The position numbers were made by a program, and so were the translations under genes. DNA of 64,000 bases from Phoronis australis (lineage: Eukaryota > Animalia > Phoronida), in NCBI GenBank assembly GCA_002633005.1, contig NMRA01000095.1:115901-179900 (forward strand), written 5' to 3'. The notes beneath the pieces were generated by a model. It saw nothing but the letters and a program-made list of their open reading frames with translations, did not search any database and was not told the origin of the DNA. Shown one piece after another: positions 22,701 to 32,323 of the stretch (positions are counted from its first letter, which is position 1; every line of letters begins with the position of its first letter).

Positions 22701-24078
22701 TTGTGTTCCAATTTCAAGACTTGTGTCCACATTTTATAAATGTTTTTATTGCCACTACCAGTGGAAATAATGGCCGATTTTATATATCGTGCTGTATAAC
22801 ATCAGTTGGTTTTCGCCAGGAGTATTGACCTACATGTACTCCGCCAACTGAGAGGTACCAAGTTTTTTCACTGCATTGAATCTCTCTTGCGTCTTCGCGC
22901 TAAACCTAAAATGGCGGAGGGTCACTTGGCTCCAAATTGTGCTAAGTACTGATTTTAAGAATTTTTGTCTACCGTATTTCGTCAGGGTCATCCCTTGGGT
23001 ACTGGTGAAAGCTTCTTTATCAACACGGTTAAAACACTAACACATGTGGTGATGGCTTGAAATTAGGTCTTTGGTGATTACTTTTCAAGGGCTCCTCTTG
23101 TTTGATCGATGGACGATGCTTCAAGGACGGCGCACGAAATCCAGTCAACACTTGCGAGATTTGTTCTTCTCAAATACAGGGTCAGAATTGGACGAGAGAC
23201 AAATTTAGTAAGTTTAATTCCAAACCTTGTTTCCCTTTCTCCACACCTTCAACTGCAAATGAAACACCACACCTCACACAGAAACGGCGATAAGACGTTG
23301 ACTGCATGAAATGAACTTCCAACAATGCTGGTCATAAAGACCAGATTTTTACAAATCTGATCGTGGTGGCTAAGCATTGCTGGAAATTTGTTTCAGAATT
23401 AATATTTAGACGTCGACATGTTATTTTTTCTACACGTCTGCGTCTTTTCAATGATTAGATTGACCTAATGTCATGATAATATTTGGCAGCGTATGGATGC
23501 ACATTCACCACTGCCGTACCAACAACCACTGACTCCTCAGTTCAAAGTGAGGTCACAAGTACAGAGAATTCTATGCATTCAACTCCACCCGTGGAAACAA
23601 CGGAAGCAGTGGAGTTGATGAGAGAGGAATTGTCCCCGACGAATATCGGTCTGATATCGGGCGCATGCGCTGTGTTGGTAGTTATTGTTGTGACAGCAGC
23701 TGCTTGTGGCGTGGCAAAATCCAAAAAGAGGTAAGATGAAGTATGCAAATTGTATGGTCAGGTATTTTAAGAAAACATCCTAAATTTTAAAGCGCTTTTC
23801 TAAAACCGTCCGATATACAGTCACATTATTTATTGATGAAAGTTGTAAGAATGGAGCTTATATGCCTCTTCGCAGTGCAATTAACCCTATGAACTAATTC
23901 TTTCAGTGGACTCGTGGTGATATGCAGCAACCCTCAAGATTTCCAAGGCGACCCTGTTTTGTCGCAATACCGTAATGCGAGTGGTGGTTCTGACTTGTCA
24001 CGGCCTTCAACCGTTGGATCAGATTTTTGTCCATCTGATACCAGACCAGTGTCCCCTTCCGAGGTTGTTGAAGTCTAA
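13688..24078 (+). CDS. Type I membrane protein (343 aa) with a VWDE-like C-terminal Cys-rich module, mucin-like stalk, TM helix and short tail
   Basis: Exons 13688-13757, 14113-14165, 15574-15837, 16604-16717, 23090-23207, 23490-23730 and 23907-24078 join with GT-AG and phases 1,0,0,0,1,2 into 1032 nt without internal stops. Signal peptide MAASWLGFNLLFIINCCVLTPTA; VSNDG...YDSLCISC; two CLIxGxC...NPxNxCxxC...WT repeats; Thr/Ser stalk; TM IGLISGACAVLVVIVVTAAAC; ends in VVEV. Confidence 0.8.
14113..14165 (+). CDS. VWDE-like membrane protein exon 2
   Basis: ggcag| acceptor and |gtgagt donor; converts phase 1 to phase 0 as required. Confidence 0.55.
15574..15837 (+). CDS. VWDE-like membrane protein exon 3
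   Basis: IKLKG...CPLP...VSNDG...YDSLCISCNASGFCVKK, bounded by ttttcaag| and |gtaggt. Confidence 0.85.
16604..16717 (+). CDS. VWDE-like membrane protein exon 4 (Cys repeat 1)
   Basis: NKSCLIGGFCYSPVEANPANACEQC...WTPKY; tttcag| and |gtgagt. Confidence 0.85.
17067..17530. mobile_element. MITE with ~16-bp TIRs and 9-bp TSD (Mutator-like)
   Basis: TIR (T)TCGATGGTACCCTGCG / CGCAGGGAACCAGCGAG; TSD GTAATGGTA at 17058-17066 and 17531-17539. A related partial copy starts at ~18022. Confidence 0.7.
19027..20810 (+). pseudogene. Dead Cys-repeat exon split by a transposon
   Basis: tttcag|NNTCLI at 19027-19044 resumes as AGFCYSPGDANPSN at 20737, then frameshifts into CSVTISDD. It is paralogous to exon 4. 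Confidence 0.8.
19045..20736 (+). mobile_element. Helentron-associated interspersed element (HINE/DINE-1-like) with an internal tandem array
   Basis: 5' hairpin ATTATGTGCCCAC..GTGGGTGCATAAT; 3' subterminal inverted copy GTGGGCGCAT followed by stem-loop CAACGC-TCC-GCGTTG. Inserted at TT with no TSD; about four diverged ~445-bp units. Confidence 0.75.
23090..23207 (+). CDS. VWDE-like membrane protein exon 5 (Cys repeat 2)
   Basis: GSSCLIDGRCFKDGARNPVNTCEIC...WTRDKF; ttttcaag| and |gtaagt. Confidence 0.85.
23490..23730 (+). CDS. VWDE-like membrane protein exon 6 (stalk + TM)
   Basis: Thr/Ser-rich stalk, hydrophobic helix, basic stop-transfer KSKK, and AG|gtaag donor. Confidence 0.85.
23907..24078 (+). 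CDS. VWDE-like membrane protein exon 7 (cytoplasmic tail)
   Basis: tttcag| acceptor; open in the required phase to ...RPVSPSEVVEV-TAA. Confidence 0.75.
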
Positions 24079-24663
24079 CGTTCCCTCATTGATTACTTTT
24101 ATCTTAAAGATTTGCATTTGTCTTGCATGCTTTTAAACGAGTGTCTACAATCAACTTCCGCATTTAGTTTGGGGGTGACTTATCATTGTTTGCAGCAGCA
24201 TTGCTGTTTCCAAGCTTATCAGAATCCAATGTGAGTGGTGATTTAAGGTCAGCGAAGACAGAGAACTGCGAGCTCACCTGTGTGTCTAGAGTGAACAATA
24301 GTTCAGACTACCCAAACAGTGAAGCAAAATGCTCACCGACTTTAAGCTACGTTCACAGTAATCAGCGCATACAGTGCACGCATTTACAATGAGCGAGAGA
24401 TGATTTGTTGTCAGGTGATACAGTAACTAATTTTCCTTCGCAGCCGAAAGTGACCAACCAAGCACTTAGTTCACCTCGCTCGCATGTCTAGTCGTGAGGA
24501 TTAAGGTCCACCGCAGACGCAGTGCTGCGCGATTCGAACGCTGGTGAGCTCCGGCTCATACAGTACATGTACCTTACAAGTCTGCGGTAAACGGAACCGT
24601 GAGGATTTTGCCTCACAAGTTGGTGAGGTGAATGTTTCACTTGTTGGAATTCTTTCAGGGCCA

Positions 24664-24901
24664 CAGTGGCAGATCTACGATTTCAGTAAGGGGGGGGGGT
24701 TAGGATTCGAAAGAATCCGAGGCGCGTAGCGGCCGAGGAGAAGGAAGGTCGCGAGAGGGTTTCCCTCCTCCTGTGTAAGATTTTTGGGGATTTTTAGTAG
24801 CTAATTTCGTTTTTCTGGCGATTTTTTTCCAGTTTTTATTTTTGATCCTGTCCCGAGGGGGGGGTTTAAACCCCCTGAACCCCCCTGTAGATCCGCTTCT
24901 G
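24664..24901. mobile_element. MITE of a CAGTGGCGGATCT/GGGGGG-type family (relatives near 11116, 11857, 12968, 35078, 44544)
   Basis: Imperfect TIRs CAGTGGCAGATCTAC / GTAGATCCGCTTCTG with G- and C-runs inside; similar ends recur across the window. Confidence 0.6.
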
Positions 24902-27332
24902 GGCCACTGACAATGGAGAACTACGTGCTCGTGTGTCGGCCTCAAGTGACAGCTCATGTCTAGTCGAAATGACCAACCCACGTTGATTCAACTCTCGAAT
25001 TTTCCCGCGTTAACATGAGCTGTCAGCTCAACTACTGCTAACTCGAAGTAGACAGATGTGCCACATTGCGCTGTGTAGCTGAGGCAGTTACCTGACTTGA
25101 TGAAGTCCTCACAGAAGGCTGGCGAGCCAAGCGTATAGCTGATTACCTTCGATAGCCAATGAAGTAGTTACATCGCCGGACGCCAACAAATTTCTCTCTC
25201 AGGCTCATTGTAACAGCGTTCTTTAGTTGACGAGAAGTTAGAAACGTTTTATCGAAGACCAACCCTGAACTCGATTTATAAAATACTCCACGTTTAGGAC
25301 ACCATTCAAAAACAAGCATACGGAGTATTAAATTTCTCTCCTCTCCTGAAAATATTGTAAAACAGTTACCCTTGACAGATGGACGTTTGTCTTCGCTGAC
25401 AATTTTGTTCCTTTATTCTTTGATATAGGTTGTCATGCAATTAACGTTTTGTATTAATGAACAATCAGGTACTGAGCCATATTGACCCAAGTGACTACAA
25501 AAGTCCACTTTTTCATTCAGCATCGTGTATACTTGGCCATGTTGACTAAACACTGAAACCACACGCCCCGCACCTGCATTTCTTATACATATTACCAACA
25601 TTTTTCAAAAGAAAGCTGCATTTTGTGCAGGTTGCAAATGCATCAACTAAAGATATTCAATTCTTTCCTTTTGAAAACCTGAAATTCCTGGTCCACGTTG
25701 CATTGGGGTGAACCTGACATGTCGTGAGCACATCCACTAAAACAAGAAACTGTAGGAACACCGCATTTATCCACCTTCACTCTCATCAGGCTTCTATTGT
25801 GAGTCAGCATGCGTGAATAATTGGCTGATAAGCCACCTCTGGAACTACTTTGGGCTGAATGGATGACCAGGCCATAAAATGATAATTAGCCAAGACCAGT
25901 TACTATAATGCAACAAAGAACAAATAATAATGTCTTGCATCACCTAGCCTTGGTGGAAAGCTGTATACTGTATTGGCTCAAACAAACGCTTAGAAAAATT
26001 CATTTCACGGGGAGGGNATATTAGTCTTTGTTTGCTTTTTGTGTTAAATCGTAAGTACATATATTACACGTGTGTTGTATGCGAACTGACTGAAATATGT
26101 AACCTTAGGTGTAGTGGAGTTAATTTCGTTATATTTTTATGCGACTCATTCTGCGTTTTTGCAACGGCTTATAATAAACCTGTACGCAATGTATGTTATC
26201 ACTGTTTCTGTTTCTAATGTTGCAGTCAACATGAAGGCAGTGCGTATACTCACGACATTACCTTTGTCTTCCTACTAGTATTGACAACGTTAGATGGCGT
26301 GATAGCCAACAACCCTGGACACAGTATTGGAGCCCAAAACCCTGTGCTTAATAATGGACATCCTATATAGGCATACACTGTATCAGGTGTTCCAAAATTA
26401 AGCGGACAGTTTTACATGTAGGGGAGACTTGGGCAAGTTGAGCCACTTCACTATTAGCGAAGTTTGGTAAGTAGGAAAATGTAACTCCGGTATTTTAATC
26501 TACAAGCGAAACTTCACTAGAAATAGCAAATCACACGAAAACAGTGCAGGTGGCCTGATGTCAGTTGCTGTGCATCAGACGTGCGCAGGCCTCGTGATTG
26601 GGCACATTGCACAAAACACCTCAGCTAAAGCACGAGACCCCCGTTATTCTTCGTGAAGGAAGTTTTCAAGTCTGCCAGTCTTTAAGAAAACGGACAGACG
26701 TTTAAGTAATTGTTGCCATGCACTATATGTTGTAGGCATGTAACAGTGCCATCCAATAGGTTGCTCCTTAGCCAATAAGAAGCTGGGCAAGACTGAAAAT
26801 AGTAGTATGTAAACGCGAAGTTTCCGTGTAGGCCTAGCACTGAGGAAATGTCGGCGAAACTTCCACAAGTCATCGGTAGATGTCACGGCAACAATACTCT
26901 ACGATCACAAAACATATTCTTTGTTGTTGTAGTATCGTCGAGGTGCTTTCAATAGAGCACTCATACAAAAGAATATAAATCTGATAAAGAATTACAGTGA
27001 CCATTTTCATAAACACTGGTCAAATGGCGGAGACCATTTTTTCAGTCAGCCTCCAATCCATCACACAATATTCGTTTGGGGAGTACCAATGAATCGCGCT
27101 GACTCGTGTTCTGAATCGCCATCCAGCGATAACTTCGACATCGCTGTCTAGTGGGAAAGGTAAACGAAGTTTAGGCGAAGCTTCGTTAAACCGAAGTTCT
27201 CCTAATGCAAAGGGTTAATTACCAGTACTTGATGACGTCATTTTTGGATCAGTAGATGGTACAATTTAAACTCGGTATGTGGAAGTGCTCTAACACTGAG
27301 ACATTGCAGCCGGTTGAGAGAAGCATTTGTTC

Positions 27333-30116
27333 GGTATTTCAGATTGTGAGGAGCGTTTGTTCGAAATTCTCGTTTTGTACGTACCTGTACAACTGCATGC
27401 TTACATAAGGTACATGTACATACCCTTCTGCTACACCTGTTGGAATGTTTATTGCGATAACAAACCCAGTTTTGGAATAACTAATACCAATATAACAGGC
27501 ACAGATATTCTGAATCATTGCTGCATTTTTTAAAACACTTGCTTTTACTCTCCCATTTGCTAGTTAAATAATTTAAGTTGACCCGATCATTCAGGCTGTG
27601 CGTAGTAAAAACTTATTGAAAATAAATCTGTTTTTCATGATTTGCACTAATTAGGAAGACTTGCTTTTACTTAGTTTTTCCTTATTGTAGTAAAACATGA
27701 CACCCAGTAAGTTTTATTTAGACACAAGTCTAAAAATCCCATAGGCAATAACACGTACTGTACAAACCTGTAGAGCATTTTCTCTATGTAACTGCGCTTG
27801 GAGATTCATGATCTGCAAATCTGTTGGAAACCGTGAGGTCAACTCTCCATAACTGGTTGCTCAACTATCCTCCACATGCATCCGAGTTGAGAAATAAAAG
27901 ATGAAGCTACATATCGCCTTTTGGCCCTAGTTGAGTATACCACGATGTAGGTTAATTATCTATAATTAATTATCTATATATTTTCAATACAGTTATAAGA
28001 TTCGTACGCATAACTCACAACTCATGGAAATATTGGTCATGAACGACGAAGTGACTCAACACACCCTAGCCTCCCCTTGAAGTCAATTTTATTACCGATA
28101 GTAGCAAAAGCTTCACGAGAATCTAGCTTTAAATTTGTAATACTGAAAACAACTACTAAACATTTTCCAAAACAATGCATAAAAGACAGCATCTAAAGCC
28201 TCGTGTATTTTGTATATGTATGAATCTGATCAGCCATTCGTGAGATATGATGCTGCCGAATTTCGCCAGTGCCCTATGTAATCGTTCCGGCATCTTAAGC
28301 GAGCTTGCGGGCACTGAACACACGATCTGTAGTCCATATCTATGACTACTTTCATTTTTTTTTCGTTTCACAACAAATGCTACCAGCGGGACTGGTTCCA
28401 TAAAAACTAAAACGGTGATCAAATTTAACAAATAGTAGATGGTACATGTAGAGGTATGATAGAATATTGGGCGATTATTCAAGAGATACATGTACATGAC
28501 TGAAGCAATTTTACAGCTATAAGCGACTAAGTTACATAATTACTTGTTCTTTCGTCGTATCATGAAGTACGTGCTACGCAGAGACTGCATCTCGCCAAAT
28601 ATATGTATCTCATAACGTTCTTTATACCACAATATTAGCCTCGAATGGCAGATACAACCGTGAGATAGCGATTTGGCGGGGAACCGAGGACGGAGTCGAA
28701 CCCGGGACCCTGGAATTGCTGGTCGNGGTATTTCAGATTGTGAGAAGCGTTTGATCGAAATTCTCGTTTTGTACGTACCTGTACAACTGCATGCTTACAT
28801 AAGGTACATGTACATACCCTTCTGCTACACCTGTTGGAATGTTTATTGCGATAACAAACCCAGTTTTGGAATAACTAATACCAATATAACAGGCACAGAT
28901 ATTCTGAATCATTGCTGCATTTTTTAAAACACTTGCTTTTACTCTCCCATTTGCTAGTTAAATAATTTAAGTAGACCCGATCATTCAGGCTGTGCGTAGT
29001 AAAAACTTATTGAAAATAAATCTCAGTTTTTCATGATTTGTACTAATTAGGAAGACTTGCTTTTACTTAGTTTTTCCTTATTGTAGTAAAACATGACACC
29101 CAGTAAGTTTTATTTAGACACAAGTCTAAAAATCCCATAGGCAATAACACGTACAAACCTGTAGAGCATTTTCTCTATGTACATGTAACTGCGCTTGGAG
29201 ATTCATGATCTGCAAATCTGTTGGAAACCGTGAGGTCAACTCTCCATAACTGGTTGCTCAACTATCCTCCACGTGCATCCGAGTTGAGAAATAAAAGATG
29301 AAGCTACATATCGCCTTTTGGCCCTAGTTGAGTATACCACGATATAGGTTAATTATATATAATTAATTATCTATATATTTTCAATACAGTTATAAGATTC
29401 GTACGCATAACTCACATCTCATGGAAATATTGGTCATGATCGACGAAGTGGCTCAACACACCCTAGCATCCCCTTGAAGCCAATTTTATTACTGATAGTA
29501 GCAAAAGCTTCACGAGAATCTAGCTTTAAATTTGTAATACTGAAAACAACTACTAAACATTTTCCAAAACAATGCATAACAGACAGCATCTAAAGCCTCA
29601 TGTATTTTGTATATGTATGAATATGATCAGCCATTCGTGAGATATGATGCTGCCGAATTTCGCCAGTGCCCTATGTAATCGTACCGGCATCTTAAGCGAG
29701 CTTGCGGGCACTGAACGCACGATCTGTAGTGCATATCTATGACTACTTTCGTTTTTTTTCGTTTCACAACAAATGCTACCAGCGGGACTGGTTCCATAAA
29801 AACTAAAACGGTGATCAAATTTAACAAATAGTAGATGGTAGAGGTATGATAGAATATTGGGCGATTATTCAAGAGATACATGTACCATGACTGAAGCAAT
29901 TTTACAGCTATAAGCGACTAAGCTACATAATTACTTGTTCTTTCGTCGTATCATGAAGTACGTGCTACGCAGAGACTGCATCTCGCCAAATATATGTATC
30001 TCATAACGTTCTTTATACCACAATATTAGCCTCGAATGGCAGATACAACCGTGAGATAACGATTTGGCGGGGAACCGAGGACGGAGTCGAACCTGGGACC
30101 CTGGAATTGCTGGTCG
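27333..30116. repeat. ~1.39-kb near-identical tandem duplication split by a single N (probable allelic assembly artefact)
   Basis: 27333-28725 and 28727-30116 are colinear with scattered SNPs and small indels; N at 28726. Confidence 0.85.
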
Positions 30117-31670
30117 CCGACTTTACCACTACACCATGCAGCGACTGACGTCATCAAGAGTGAAAATAGAATACTTAAATGAGCATGTGCAATAATCGCA
30201 CATTCAACTTATACTTGTACTTATACACTACGAAAAATAAGACGCACAATTCCCATGAAAATGATATCTTAATTCAGTGAAATTTTTCTCTCATGTCCTC
30301 TTACTTGCAAATCACCGATCTCCAGTTTGAATGCGGGTATCGTGTCGTCAGGATCTTTGACTTGAGAATTATATTCAGTTACCAGTGGTAACCTACTTTA
30401 GCAGTCGATAATTTCCCGGTCGAAGCTTAGCGTGAAAAAAACGTGTTTTAAGCTATAATAGTTGGTAAACCTTAATTTATAAATTCCATTTATTTCTATT
30501 ATATTTAAGTTTTCAATTGGTTTTGAGTAAACGCATTATTTGACAAAAATAGCCGGCTTTTCTTAAAAGGTCACGACCTCCGACCCCGGGCCTCTGACAT
30601 AGAAAGTAGTTACAAAGCCGTGGAGAGTCAGAAAAGGTAAATCGATTCATTGCAATGTTTCTCGTTTAGTATGTGGTATAAATAGATTATTACATGTTCT
30701 CAGCCGTTATCCCCCTTATCAAGAGCCCTCGTGGATTTTAGAGAATTATCGCCCGAGGGGCGTTAGACTTCGCCATGTAATAATCTATGTTTATACCATA
30801 ATATTAGCCTCGAATGGCAGATACAACCGTGTAATAACCCATGAAGTTATCTCACTAGTGAGATGACAGTTTGGCGGGAAACCGAGGCCGGATTCTAACC
30901 CGGGCCTCGAAGCTTCGAGTTGCTGATTTTACCAATACACCACTCAACAGCTGAGGTCATCGAACGTGAAAATAAAATACTTAAGTGAGCACGCGCAACA
31001 ATCGCATGTTCAGCAAAGGGCATTGCACCGACATTTATACGCTATGAAAAACAATACGCTTAATTTCCATAAAAACGATATTTTAATTCAGTGAAATTTT
31101 TCTCTCGTGTTCTCTCACTTGTAAATCACCGATCTCCAATTTGAATACGGGTATCGTTTCGTCGGGATCCTTTGACTTGAGCATTATATTCAGTTACTAG
31201 TGGTGAGTGGTAACCTACTTTAGCAGACGATATTTTCCAGGTCGAAGCTTAGCGTGATAAAATGTGTAGTAAGCTATGATAGTTGCTAAACCTTAGTTTA
31301 TATATTCACTTTTTTCTATTTTGTTCAAATTTTCAATTGGTTTTGAGTAAAAGCATTATTTGACAAAATTAGCTCGGCTTTTCTTAAAAGGTCACGACCT
31401 CCGACACCCGGGCCTCTGACAGAGAAAGTAGTTACAAAACCGAGGCGAGTCTAAAAAGGTAGATCGATTCATTGCAATGTTTCTGGTTCGGTATGTGGTA
31501 TAAATAGATTATTACATGTTCTCAGTCGTTATCCCCCTTATCTAGAGCCCTCGTGGATTTTGGAGAATTATCACCCTCGAGGCTAACGTCCCTCGGGCGA
31601 TAATTCTTCAAAATCCACTCGGGCTCTAGATAACGGGTATAAGGACTTCGCCATGTAACAATCTGTTATA
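30010..31670. repeat. Two diverged ~800-bp tandem units, each with a tRNA-derived segment and a long terminal palindrome
   Basis: Units start at ~30010 and ~30790. Minus-strand A/B-box-like sequences lie at 30064-30141 and ~30871-30950. Inverted repeats TATGTGGTATAAATAGATTATTACATG...CATGTAATAATCTATGTTTATACCATA, and a nested hairpin at 31500-31670. Confidence 0.65.
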
Positions 31671-31807
31671 TCTATAATTGCAATCGAATGTTACAATCAA
31701 GCGCGTAATTGGTCACAATTTTATTCACCATAAGAAATTACAGTGTTTTGAAATTTTCTTATCACTTTAAGATGTATCGAAAAATACAAACAATAAATGC
31801 AACATTG

Positions 31808-32323
31808 TCACGTACGTTCAATCTCCGCCTCTTGGTTTTCAAGTCTTTTCCAGTTTTGAAGGTTGGCCTCGACTAAGTCTTGCAAGAAGGCTAGATTAGG
31901 ACACACGGTGGAAATCACCTTGATGAGAGGTTGAACACATTCTTTCATGAAAACCAAGACTAGCGTTGGAACTTTTTTCTTTGTGATCCTTGGATAGGAC
32001 GATAATGGTGATGACATGAGTTTCAAGCTACTGTTTCGCTCGCTCAAGCGCCCAATTTCCCTGGTAACGAGAACTATGTCTTTCATGTGGTACTTCCAAG
32101 GTTTAAACGCTGTGCACAAGTCACAGGTCACAATGAAGAGGCCTTTGAAAATCTGCTTATGCCTAGGAATTTTCAAGTCAAATGAAGACGTTTTCAATAG
32201 AGATTGGGCGAATCGCAGGTTCTCGTACATGGCTTCTTGATCGAGAGCTTCGAAGTCATCCTTAAGTTCAACAAGAACCTCTCTGTATTCATCCGGGTCA
32301 AGAGCTCTGAAAATGTCATTGCA
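31808..32323 (-). CDS. PDE10-like exon 2 (second half of catalytic domain)
   Basis: CNDIFRALDPDEYREVL...TCDLCTAFKPW...NLQNWKRL...TGA; poly(A) signal on the minus strand near 31720. Confidence 0.88.
   Translation of the reverse strand, partial: CNDIFRALDPDEYREVLVELKDDFEALDQEAMYENLRFAQSLLKTSSFDLKIPRHKQIFKGLFIVTCDLCTAFKPWKYHMKDIVLVTREIGRLSERNSSLKLMSSPLSSYPRITKKKVPTLVLVFMKECVQPLIKVISTVCPNLAFLQDLVEANLQNWKRLENQEAEIERT

Noticed and set aside
26376-27880. Mariner/pogo-like element starting TAGGGGAGACTTGGGCAAGTTGAGCCA
   Set aside because: The left end looks TIR-like, but the right end is too decayed to define boundaries or a TSD.
27333-30116. Recent tandem segmental duplication
   Set aside because: The copies meet exactly at a single N and differ only at allele-like levels, which is typical of uncollapsed haplotypes. 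Half read depth would confirm this.
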